From: Leptogorgia sarmentosa
Taxonomy: Eukaryota
Direction of reading: 5' to 3'
Length of the DNA: 64,000 bases
Assembly: GCA_964658305.1 (NCBI GenBank)
Contig: OZ210886.1
Location: forward strand, 496,001 to 560,000
In this document: in pieces, positions 12,626 through 24,537 of the stretch
How positions within the stretch are numbered: the stretch's first letter is position 1
Layout: each line of letters begins with the position of its first letter
Notes under the pieces: model-generated
What the model was told of the DNA's origin: nothing
Databases searched by the model: none
Seen by the model: only the letters and a program-made list of their open reading frames with translations
Program-made: the position numbers and the translations under genes

Positions 12626-13488
12626 CAGTGCTTCCATTTTCGAACTTGGTAATTTCCTTATTTTTTCCTTTTTTTGACCGGAATTTCCTTCAAAAAATAT
12701 CAAAAATTCCTTCAAAATTCCTTCTCGAAATCAGTGCTCAACAAACTCTCATCGAAGAAAATGTGTAATTTACTATAAATTATAGACTACTTACAGCCAA
12801 TTTTAACCAATTTTTAGTGACAAATATGAAGAAATTAGGAACTAATACATCGATCAAGGTTGTGCGGCTACATATGACATGTCATCGTAAGAAAAATTTC
12901 AGAAATGCCACCATTTCGCAGGCAGAATGGATAATGGACTCTAAGTTCTTCGCGTTTGTCTTTTGAACGTTCCTTTTTTAATTTACGAATTGTCTATTTT
13001 GCTTTGAAATTTAAAAGATTTAGAAAAACCTATTTTGCAATCAAAACTGTGACTGTCTATCAGTTAATTTTGGAAAATGGTTAATGGAAAATAATATGAC
13101 TTTTATATATAGCTTAAGGGTATGAAAAATCAGGAACGGAAAGTTTTAAAACATTTTTGACTGTACAAGAGCTTTAAGTTCAGAGATTAGAATGTCAAAT
13201 CTCTTTTAGCATATGAAATTCGAATATGAAAGCAATCTGAAGCTAAGAGTATTAATATTATACTGTAGAAAGAATGCGGTTATGACTTATGCGGCTGCCT
13301 GTCTGGTTAGTGGTACATATTCGACACTTTATTTCCAAAATTTAACTAATTTTTGTATTTTCCTTCAACTTTCCTTTATTTTTCTACAATTTCCTTCAAA
13401 TTTCCTTCAAAAATTATTTCCTTTTTATTTCCTTCATTTTGCCAAAAAATCCTTTCAAAAGGAAATTTCCTTCAAAATGGAAGCACTG
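12626..13488. mobile_element. Non-autonomous hAT-like element (863 bp) in the INSIG upstream region
   Basis: TIR CAGTGCTTCCATTTT / AAAATGGAAGCACTG, perfect 8-bp TSD GATGTTGC (12618-12625, 13489-13496), and subterminal TTCCTT(CAA) repeats at both ends. Confidence 0.92.
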
Positions 13489-13503
13489 GATGTTGCCACG
13501 ATT

Positions 13504-13576
13504 ATCACCCGATATCATTCGTTATTTTCTGATTGGTCAGATGATTATCACACGACCATGGGGGCGTTCTGATTGG
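13504..13576 (+). promoter_or_regulatory. Putative SREBP/NF-Y promoter module of INSIG
   Basis: ATCACCCGAT (13504), CTGATTGG (13529), ATCACACGAC (13547), GGGGCG (~13561) and CTGATTGG (13569), 100-170 bp upstream of the ATG. Confidence 0.6.
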
Positions 13577-13676
13577 CTGAGCCTGAAAGGGTAACATCGG
13601 ATGTTTCTAAAATGTCTGCATCTTTGTTATGAGGTATTGTGTTTGAGCAAAAAGTGAGGAATGAACTGAATTTTAG

Positions 13677-15378
13677 ATGGAGAATAAGCCAGCAAGTGCT
13701 CGGGGGAGCCACCATAAAATGACTAATTCTTTCACTTTGGTGTTAAATCGTGTTTGTCGTCCAACAACTTTAAATTTTTGCATTCGAGCATTGTGCTTGT
13801 TTATCGTGGGCATATCGATGTCTTGCGTTTTAAACGTTATGTTAATTTTACCCGAGTTACGACGAAAAGTTGTATACGAAAGAAATCTTTTGGAGAGACT
13901 TTATACAACAATGTGGTGGTTTGCGCCTTCGTGTGGACTTGCTTCTGCTTTGATCGGGTTAGTTTACCCGTGTGTGGACTCACGTTTGGGTAAACCACAT
14001 CATCTTCGAACAGAATGGTCCAGTGTTGTACGTTGTGGTGCTGTTTTTATCGGAATAATTCACGCTGTTGTCGTATCCTTTCAAATTTATGAGTTATGTG
14101 ATATTTTTAATCATTTTCCAAAATTGTTAGCTCAAAATTAAACGTGTCATGCTAAAAAATGTTTCATCAGCTCAAAAGTCCAAAAGATGAGTCATGCATG
14201 GGGTCTGAGAAATCCCCCGTTAGAAAGTTTTTGGAACCACTTTATTTAGGACATTTAAATGAAGAAGTGCACCATAAGTATACTAGTGAGGGTAATAAGT
14301 AAATTATTAAAAGTATAAGTAGTTTAAGATGATAACTAAAGATATGTGTTATTTGGTATTGTTTATTTCCTGGTTCAGTCATGCCTTGGGTTGGTCTGAA
14401 AACTTTCTTATTTTGTTTGTTCAGTTTAGATCAACTAGGGCATAACATTGAATGAGCAAGAAACGTTACAGCTGTAGAATCCCCTGAAACATTATGTATT
14501 GTGGCGTTAAGGCTATGGCACAGTTGGCAAGGGGTTCTATGGGAATTCCCAATCAAATACATAGAATTCCTCAACTCAGTACTGTCTAGCAACATGCTGT
14601 TAGAGAGTGCACTTGTTTTGGTTATAAAAGTTGGTTGCCAGCAAGAGTGTGAACCCCCTACAAATCCACCACTAATAGTTGTATGCCAATCAAAGGCTAA
14701 AAGATTGCAATCTTTAGGTCATAATGCTCATATTTATGTAGTTCACCTGCTTAGTTAGTAAATGTTGTTCCTTGACTGTTTCAACAGAAATTAAGATTTG
14801 AAAGTGATATCCACTTATTTATCACTGTTGCTGCATTTTCAGTTTTGCTGTGGTGGTATTTTGATCGATCGAAAAATGGCTTTGGTCTTGCACTTTTTGT
14901 AGCAATTTTTGCAACAGCCAGTGTGTGGTTTCTGGGCTCACATTGTGTTTACAGGTGAGAATTAGTGAAATGCAAATTATTGTAATTGTCATTAGGTACC
15001 ATACATATTTACTTGTTTAAACACCGCCCCCGAATGAGTCCTAAATAACCTGAGTGGTTATGTACAACATGTAATAATTTGCTAAAAAGCTGATAATTTT
15101 CAAGGCTTGTTCATCTTTGTGATTTACATAGCATTGTATACCGTGCTGCTTTATTGAATACCAACCAGATAATGAATTTTAAATAAATCATATTCTTAAT
15201 TCTGCTATTAATATTTGTTTGATTTTTTAGTTTTTTTTTCAGTGACAAAATGGGATTGGTTAATCAGTTATGGGTTCCATGCTTATTCTTTTCTGGCGGT
15301 ATTACAGTGGGAAAAATTGGACGACAACTGGCAATGCTTGAGTATGTGCCACCAAAAGTTAAACCACATAAAGATTAA
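13677..15378 (+). CDS. INSIG: Insulin-induced gene protein (ER sterol-sensing membrane protein)
   Basis: Exons 13677-14072, 14788-14954 and 15231(or 15243)-15378. Motifs WWFAPSCGLASALIGLVYPCVDSRLG, EWSSVVRCGAVFIGIIHA, WWYFDRS and WVPCLFFSGGITVGKIGRQLAM. Confidence 0.96.
14073..14787 (+). other. U12-type (minor spliceosome) GT-AG intron in INSIG
   Basis: 5' splice site GTATCCTTT; branch point TTCCTTGAC at 14768-14776, 11 nt before the intron end; joins IIHAVV|KLRF in frame. Confidence 0.9.
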
Positions 15379-15389
15379 GGCTGTAAACT

Positions 15390-15556
15390 CATGACCGTAT
15401 GGGCCTTATCTTGTTCAGGGGGTACACTTAGTATTGATATTGGGGTACACACAGTATTATGAAAAAGTATTCAGCTCAATTGCCTGACTGTGAAATATTT
15501 GTGAGGACCCTGTGCCTCTCCCCTCCCCCTGTGTCCCCCTGGCCCGTATGCTCATG
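15390..15556. mobile_element. hAT-like MITE in the INSIG 3' UTR
   Basis: TIR CATGACCGTATGGGCC / GGCCCGTATGCTCATG; TSD TGTAAACT / TGTAAAAT (7 of 8 match). Confidence 0.7.
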
Positions 15557-16508
15557 TGTAAAATACAAAACTTGTAAAAAGGTTATAAAATCTGTAAATA
15601 TTTGGAAATTTACTGCTGCTGCATACAGTATTTTTCACATGTACATATGTCATGAACACATTTAAGATTACGATAAATTATGATCACATTCTGCAATTTT
15701 GTGACAGCACAGTGTTACTAAAATGGGTAGCTGGTCTATCCTGAAGTATTTACACACTGGGGAAATACCATTAATGGTAATAATGAGCACAGATTTACAC
15801 ATGGGAAACAATTGTTTTTCATTGTTATTACATAAATGTGTAGAAACTGATCAATTGATGAAAATCCATTCATGGAAAGTCGGTATTTTCCCCTGTAATA
15901 GGTGGTTTTCACCACCTTGATGTTAAATACAGTACACTGTGTTGTTTATTGAAATTTGGTGGTGGTGTTTAGCTTTGTCAACAATTTGCACTTAGAATAG
16001 GTACCATAAGTCTGTATCAGGGGATATCCTTACCACGAGCGGAATTAAAGTTTCTAGAATGTCGTAAAATCTCGTACCCCAACTGTTTGGTTTCCACAGA
16101 TTGTGGGGGTGGTGAAACTACAGTTTTTGTGCTCGTAGTACACTATGCTACTGAGAGCATACCGAGATTTTTGTAGACATTCAAATTAGTATTCAACTCG
16201 AGGAACTTCGTCTTATCATTTACACTCGGGACATATGGCTGGCCATGTTGACATTTTCAATGAAGTAATGATGAATGTAAAATATCCCATACATTTTATA
16301 ATCAATAAATTATATTCAGTTATATTTACTACCTGTTATCATTTTTTTTATTTTGGCCCCTGAGTAAGTCTCTATCTGAAAGTGAGCGAAAATCATGCTG
16401 AAAATATAGGAAGCTCAAAAAATACGGAAATTTTCTTCGTGAAGCCCCAACCCCCATAGCTAGAATATTCTTTTTCATTCGTTGTCTGAAGCCCCTTTAT
16501 ACTTGCCC

Positions 16509-17546
16509 CAATCTCGTACTCTGAGCCTACGATCTTCGTAGGAGAATCATTGTAAAAGCGCCTAGGTACAAGGCTACACTCGGAGGCTTGGAGCGTGTTT
16601 AAATATGTAGTGTTTAAAATTTCGAACTTTCAAAACAAAATTTGCCCCTTTGAGGTACAGGAGTTATATTTTAGATCTATTCAACTTTCAGGCAAATAGT
16701 GCCTGGTGGACAATGGTCATTGATTATTGATAATGGTGATATTGATGATAATTTTGATTGCTATTCAGTATTGATGGTGATGATGATTGCTGATGATTGT
16801 TATTGGTCAATGATGATCACAATAATGGTGATAGTTATCCAGTATTGATGATGATGATAATGATGCTACTAATTATAATACATAAGTATACTTGCCTTCG
16901 TTCGAAGAAACGTTTGAAATGACTTTCAGGATGTTTTTCCTGCGTTTTGAAGGGTTTAAACGTCCTTTGCAGACCAGAATTCAATTTGTACGACGGCCAT
17001 CAATTTATACGACGGAGAAGAAGCCCCGAAGACCTTCCTTGAAAATGTTTTCCCGCCTACGCTGTGATTGGTTGAAATCTCAGCTCTGACCAATCACGAA
17101 TGTTGGGAGAATAACTTTAACTTAAAACAGAATTTCTATGATCAAATCAGAAAATCTCCTCACTCTGAACTCTAATCCTTAATTTTTCACTCAAATATCT
17201 TCATATGCTTTAAAATTTGGAGAGGATTTTTAGCAAAGGAAATAATAAAGGTATGAATCAGCTTTTATTCATGGTATTTTCGCCAAACTCTTTGGTTTCG
17301 GGCTTTGTTTAATTTATTGTTTTCAGCGAGTAACCCGCAAACAGGCGAGTAACCTGGAAACGGACGAATAACCGCTATGACAAAGGTGGAGGACTGGACA
17401 CCAGTTCAAAAATCGCTCCTATTTCGGCCGCCATTGTTGTTTTATTGCGAAATAACGTCTCAACAGCCAATCAGATTCGCGCAAATTCATTTCCGAGAGC
17501 CTTCGATTCTTTCAAACGAAGATCGCAGGCTCAGGGTACGAGATTG
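16509..17546. mobile_element. ~1.04-kb non-autonomous TIR element
   Basis: 31-bp TIR CAATCTCGTACTCTGAGCCTACGATCTTCGT matches the reverse complement at 17516-17546 with 2 mismatches. Flanks ACTTGCCC / AGTTGCCC. Contains a GAT-rich low-complexity tract at ~16720-16870. Confidence 0.8.
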
Positions 17547-18466
17547 AGTTGCCCCTCCAAACCTCGTTCCCAGTCTCTTGTTCCAATAAACGTGAAAACA
17601 GCACCTCCGTTTGCATCCCACGTCGGCAAGTTAGAGCAAATATTTTCTTAAAAAAATTACCAAGAAATGTACATAAAAAATCACTTCTGTCTTTAAAAAG
17701 GGATTGATGATGAAGGATTTTCACAAGCATACAGAGAAAGTCTTCGACTAGAGCGCAATTTTCTCAAATAGCAGCGCACGATATCACTAGAAACGTTCAT
17801 CCCTCGACTCGACGGTTGATCATGGCCAAAATCTAATAAATCTGATCATAGTAGACTACAACAAACACGAGTTTTTGTCATTTCGAGAATCAATTCATAT
17901 ACTGCATAACAATATATTACAGTAAAATACCGTATTACGTTTAACGTCAAGAGTTCTAAATAATAATCTTTTTAATTACAAGGTTTGGTATGCCATGATT
18001 TTACTCTACAAGTAATCAACCGGTAAATGTTTTAAAATTTCAGCAAGAACGATAAAACTTGAAAATTTTTCTGATCTCTGCAAAACGTTCATTAACAAAG
18101 CTTTTGCTACAGTCTACGCCATACTCCCAAAATCTCCTCGTACAAGCGCGGTCTTTTCACGAGCGGATTAATAGATTCGCCCCAAATTTTAGGTCCTGGT
18201 TAAGAACCTGCATATACGTAGTACTAGATCGTTATTTACTTAGGATTTCAATTGCTATATAACATTGCTCTCTAAAATCAAATAGGTTGGCAAAGAAAGC
18301 AGACTACATGCCCCAACCCGCACCCGAAATTGTCAATTTCTTACACATTTACAGTATTACGCGTTGAATGTCAATCATCATAATTAGCTGGAGTGCAGTT
18401 CCACTCTATACTTCAAAATTGTGCTCAACGACAACAAGTGATCTATATAATTCGCTATTTCTGTCA

Positions 18467-21400
18467 TCACTCAATGGCTTTTTCTACAAATTCTAAAAAT
18501 CTTTTTGCATACGCCTCGGGCTTCACAGTCGATATCTCTTGGCCATGCTGAAAGAAAACAGAAGTGATTAGACAAACGTAATTGGAATGACAACTAGTTT
18601 ACTACGTGTTGCTACGAAGTTTAGCGCTCTTTGCCTTAGGTATGGTGGACTGACCGTTATGTTATAGATGTATATTTATTGGATTTACTTGTTTGCTTAA
18701 TTAATTTACGACTTCGTTTTAATAGTTTTTTGTTCTTTGCCAGTTTATCAGTTACAGTACGTTTATGCGCGTTGTTTTTATAAATGTGTTTATTTTATTA
18801 ATTTAATAATTATATGATTAAAATTATTTAATTACTTTCATCAAGACTTAAAATTATTTAATTACTTTAATCAAGACTTAAAATTATTTTATAAATTAAA
18901 AATTTTAGTAAGGACCGTGTTTTGTGTTTGACCTCGCGACATTAAAACATCCATCGAAGAATATACCTGCAGAAGAAACACAATAATTTGCTTTTAACGT
19001 TTTATCTTTTTACTCAAGGCCATTGCTTGTTCAAAACCTCGCTACAAAGAGCTGCGATTGAATCTTTTCCTCATAAATTGCCCTCAGTTGGAAAACGTCC
19101 CACGTTTATAACGGTTTAGTTCTTAATTTAATTTTTTTAATTGTTCATACATTATATTTATTTTATTGTTAGTTAAAGGTTTAGCATTTTACACATATTA
19201 TGATATTATCCCGTGTGCATTTTGTACTGGTTTACAAAACAGTACATCTTACCCCATGTTTGACTGTCTTCGCCGCATGCGCAGTTCGTTTCTTCGTCCC
19301 ATAATAAGTTAATACGTCAACAATTCCTAAATAATACTTTTCTGATTTGGGTGCCCCTAAAAAACGAAAATTAGTGTCAAGCAAAATTAGTGTCAATTGA
19401 CAAATGTGTGGTTGACAAACGTCAATAAGTAGCGAATGTAGAATCTTGGACAAGGTGGGGTCATTTGACTGCGGTATACGCAGTATGACGAATATTCATT
19501 GCAGCAATGAGATCATGAGAGGAAAATTCTACTCACCTTCTAAACAATGAAGGGCAAAAAATTCGCTTCCTAATTCAGCTTCAAGTAATTCATTGCTATC
19601 TTGACTTACAGTTCTACTTTTTAATGGAGGTCGTGAAGCTGGGGTGAGGCCAGTGGGTGGTGGGGTGCCAGGTGGGGTCATATTGGGAGTTCCTGGGGGT
19701 GAACTCGTGGGAGAATCCCCTGCAGATTCATTAGTTCCTGAAGCATCATAATCATTGGGAGATTCTAAATCACTCTCGTCTTGACTGTCGAGGCCATCAT
19801 AACCATCAGATTCCTCGTCCTCTCGATCAAAGTCGTGGATACCAACAAGTAAACTGTAATCCATTATCTTTTGCTTGCACAAGAACTACAATTTAAGCAC
19901 ACAATTGGTTGAAACAATCGGAAATATTTTGTTAATGTGCTAACAATATAATCCATAGGTGGCTCCAATCTATTTATATAACAATGAATGTAATTACGTT
20001 AGCATGATGCTTTTCTCATGGGATCATTATATTCATAATGGAAATTTCATATTTATAATGCATGTTGAGTCACTCAAAGTCTGATATTTCAATACACCCT
20101 TTGGGAAAGCATAAAGTCAATAAACGTGAAAGCGAGGACGAATCGCGCCGTATAACAGTTGCAATTTGTTTTTTATTTCAACCAAAATGTAAACAAAGCT
20201 GGCAGAGAAGGTTAAATTTGTCAAATTTTCAATGTGGCGTTGCTAACTGCAGAAATAAAGTAATTCTCGCTTTTTATTACGGCCTAGTGATTCAGCCTCG
20301 TCCTCGCATGCTTTCCCAAAGTGTGAAAACTACCAGTGTTTTCATGTTCCATGTAACTAAACTGACAGAGTGTCTTAATTTCACAGCAGTGCCAAAGAGC
20401 AAAAAAGAATAAAGTAGGTAGCCACAAATGACTGAAGCTAGTTACAAATACATGCACAGTCAAGCAAATTAAAACTCACCTCAGTATCCTCTCTTAGCTT
20501 TTCCATAAAATCATTTTTAATTTCTTCCCCAAGGTAAATTTTCACACCATCAGCTAAGAAATCTTGATCTTTCCATGTAGGTGATTTTTCAATCTAAAGA
20601 CAGTTGACTTTATTTAAATCTTCATTTCAATCCAATAAGACTTGGTCAATATCAATAAACATCAATATCATCTTTTAATGCAAAATGCAGCATTTACCTT
20701 CCGACGGGACTTCTCCTTGTCCTTTTCTTTCTCTTTTACTTTAACCTGTCGGTCAACTGTTGATCCTTTGAGATCATATTTTTTGTGGATCTTTAGTCTT
20801 CCAAAGATATTTTCCATTACAACAAAGTATGTCTCTTTGTTTTCCACAGTTATACGATACATGCCCAGGTAATGAGGAAGTAATGTGTTGGAGTTTCTCT
20901 CTACCACAAACTGAGAAGGTTTGATGAGTGGTTTTAGTGACAAAAAAATGGTGTGAAAATGGCACACATCCATAGATAGGAATATCACGCCATGCATTTT
21001 TACGTCATGTTGTGTTCACTGAAGCTGTCTGCTGACTAGCACAGAACATGTCAATCACAATGTTGTTTCTATTTAAAACTAATGACTTGTTATAATATCT
21101 AAAGCATCGTTTGACTTGTAGCAACAACACAGGCAGAAATAAATTTTTCATCATTTTAAGTAAATATACCTGATAATATTTTGGCAGTAATTGATGCATC
21201 ATTTCAACTTCTTCTTTATAAAGTGTCTTGGCAAGAAATTTCTTGTTTCTGGAGGTAAGAAAACATGCTCCACTTCTTCCTGATGAATGACTTCTTGATG
21301 GAGGTATACAGAATGAACGCTAAAGCAAGAAAAACAAGATCAATGACCCAGTCATGACACATTACTTAAATTGTGATAAAATTGTACACTGTATCTGTAT

Positions 21401-22899
21401 CTACCTATTGTAACACCCTTTATAACAAACTATTTGGTAATTAAAACTATCCCACAAACTTACTGCAAATGCTTGATCATCAATGTTAAAACCCTCACGC
21501 AGCTTTCTGAACACCAGTGGACAATATTCTTTGAATTTAAAATGGGAAGGGAATTTCTCTCTAAAAGAAAAATACAGCATACCAACACAATATCATGTAC
21601 AATTTTAATAGAGATTTGTGAATTATTACCAATCTCAGGGTAATGCAGCACTGAAGTTAACACCCTCTGACTTACTAATCTATGTCTAATCTGAATGGTG
21701 GTATTCAGTGATGGTAAGCCTTCCACACATTACACTTCTTGTTTCTAAGTTGACCTCAGTATGCTTATAGCAACAATATATTGTCACCTCACTTCCTATC
21801 CCACTCCAGCAAAGCAGAAGCAGGTGAACAAGGAAGTTCTTGTTTTTGTTTCAATGTATTGTAGCACAACAAAAATGAGGAGTTAAAAAGTATTTTGACA
21901 TTATGCATATTAATATAAACAAACCCAAAAACTAATTACTGTGTGAACTTGACATAAATGATGGCGACAAATGCCATCAATAATTAAAGACATCAACGTC
22001 AAATTTGAAGTACAATCAAATATGGCATTATGTTTTATTTTATATACGTGAAACTTTGCTAAATCTGTGGTAAATAAAGTATTTTTTTGTTCATTTGCCC
22101 CAAAGATTGTGAACTTCACCGCAAGGTTCGTGTATTTGTAAACTTAAAACCCTCTGTATGTGCAAGTTTCAAACAGAATGCTTATTGTATGCAAATTCTA
22201 CAAGAAACCTTTGTCGCTTATTCCTGTACATAAAGTACGCAGATGTATGCACTAAATACAGTAATAATTCTTCAAACGTCTCATATTTTATCCAAATGAA
22301 TTTAGACAAGAACACACCACGAGATGACACGGACACCTGGCACGCATAGTTCCAGCTTTATTGTATATTTGGAAACGCTCAAGCTATAGCAAAGCGTCTC
22401 ACAGGAGATACATTTTACATTGTTATTTCCCCACAGTAGCATAAAGCGAATCATTTGATACACCATTTAAAGGGATGTTAATAATGTTGGGAATTATCTT
22501 GACTATATTAAACTAGGAAAATTAGAAAATGATAAACTTTGACAAACAAGACAACAGAATACAACAGTCAAACATTTGTAGAGTTGTCTACCTGTTAAAC
22601 AGATGGTTGTCCACTCGAATTTTCGAGTAAGCCTTGAAATCTTCAGGTAAAAACATCGGCGGTACTTGAACTAGACTCAGCTCGTTAATCTGCAAACATA
22701 AAATCCCATTTTGAGGCAAAATCCTTTGTCAATAAAAAATCAAGAAATTTGTTTCATCGCTACTTACCGCATGATTCACGCCCCACATAAACACACTATA
22801 CAGCGGCTCATCTGAGCGAAAAAGCTTCACTTTTTGGCTCTTGGCCTTAAACTTTTTGTTCTTTACTTTAAAATTTTGATCTTTCACAGAAGAAGCCAT
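18467..22899 (-). CDS. PIP4K2: Phosphatidylinositol 5-phosphate 4-kinase type II
   Basis: Exons 22899-22768, 22689-22592, 21560-21464, 21319-21170, 20910-20698, 20593-20480, 19885-19537, 19356-19253 and 18547-18467. Motifs [51 protein letters not shown], and the type II activation loop [10 protein letters not shown]...[14 protein letters not shown]. Confidence 0.96.
18818..18889. repeat. 30-bp AT-rich tandem repeat (~2.4 copies) in the last PIP4K2 intron
   Basis: TTAAAATTATTTAATTACTTT(C/A)ATCAAGAC repeated. Confidence 0.8.
20093..20325. repeat. Degenerate inverted-repeat element in a PIP4K2 intron
   Basis: CTTTGGGAAAGCAT ... GCGAGGACGA on the left and TCGTCCTCGCATGCTTTCCCAAAG on the right. 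Confidence 0.55.
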
Positions 22900-23811
22900 T
22901 TTTAAGATAAAATACGAGCTCTGTTATTTTAATATCTCAGCCATTGTCCATTGAGATCGGAAATTGTTCATTGGTTTCTTTTTTGGTTTCTTTTCCTTGC
23001 AAAGCATACCGCTGACATAATATATTTGCACACTCAGGCTGACTCGGCTGACTCAGCAAGTTCTGTAACATTCTCATAATCTGCATATTGTCATCGTATC
23101 GATATCAACAATCTCCCCCCCCCCCCCAAATTTCTGCCACTATTATCGTTGACCGTTCGCACCACATGGCTCAAAAGGGTGGGGGGGACGGAGGGGGGAG
23201 GGACAGGAGTCAGGAGAGATGCACTGATGCAGGCAGCGTCCTGGTGCAGATTAGAAACGCGAGCCCCCGCGCGTGTTCTAACTTCAAAGTGGGTTTTTAC
23301 CTCTTTATAATTGAATGTTGGGGATAAGAATGCTCCACATCCCAAAACAACAGCCACAGATTTTTGTTTCATATTACTCAAATACGGAATTTAGAAATTA
23401 TTGAACAATCTTCAGCAAGTTATTTGTGTTCATGTTCCCTAAAACAGTGCTCTGTGTTACCTTAGAAGGTATCGTGACTGCATGCTGTTTGCCTCGAGCA
23501 TGGTCGGATATTCCGCACAAAAAGTTGCGTAATTTACAGTTGGATGTAACTCGTCTCTGTTGGTGTCCGTTCCTGGTCGGCCCATCAGTCGGTCTGTGCG
23601 CATGGGTTGGTTGTTCGTCGCGTGGCTTTCTAATTTATTCTGAAGTTGAAAGAGCATACCATAGTACGGACTTTAAGATCTACAACGCGACTAGACGACG
23701 GGGTCTAAATTTCAGCTTGAAAATGAGTGCGCAGTTTTATATGCTTTATTTAATAGATGTTGGGATTTTGTTCAAGAAACAGTGACACAAATGTCACAAA
23801 ATAGGTTCACC

Positions 23812-24537
23812 CAGTGCCGGATTATCTAGGGGGCAATGGGGGCATTTGCCTCCGGCCCCAGCTCAAAAGCTTATTTACCGGCCCAAGAAAAACAATGTAT
23901 AAAAAATTTCATTTTGTGTGGGGTTTCGAAAAAACATAAATTTTGATTAAAAATTGGTCAATTGAAAGCCAGGAAGTTCTAGAGTCCTAAATTGCTCAAG
24001 AATTATCTGCGTCTATAGACAACGATAAGATTGCAAACTTCAACGATAAGATTGCAAACTTCAAAATTCGGGCACTGACTTTGAGATAATTCGGGCAAAA
24101 ATCTGAGGAATAAGGTAATGTCAACAATACTCCAGTCGTTCACCTGAACGAGCGTACCAAGAAAGTGGAGTTAGGACTCTGAAATCGCCGTTTCCGGCAA
24201 TCCAGAGGTTGTTAAAATTCAAAAATTTCTCGCTCGGCGCCAACCATGGTGGCGCCTCGTGACATTCGCTACCCTCAAATTCGGGCCCGTACGCTTATGC
24301 TTAGCATTGAACAAGAAATACTAGACTCACTTAAGTTAATGTCGAAGTAGCTGGTAAATGCCACTTTCACGTTAAAATGCTATTTCCTATGTTCATGCAT
24401 ATTATAGTTCTTGACGACATAATGGACAAGACTTTCAATTTGATTACATATATGTTTCATGTTTTTTCATATTCACCAAATTACGGCCCTTTACTTTTTG
24501 TTTGTCCCCGGCCCAATGATGGGTTAATCCGGCGCTG
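23812..24537. mobile_element. Non-autonomous hAT-like element (726 bp)
   Basis: TIR CAGTGCCGGATTA / TAATCCGGCGCTG with perfect 8-bp TSD GGTTCACC (23804-23811, 24538-24545). Contains a 21-bp tandem duplication CAACGATAAGATTGCAAACTT at ~24020-24061. Confidence 0.9.

Noticed and set aside
13213..13572. 119-aa Phe-rich ORF
   Set aside because: Derived from the TTCCTT subterminal repeats of the hAT element and the INSIG promoter.
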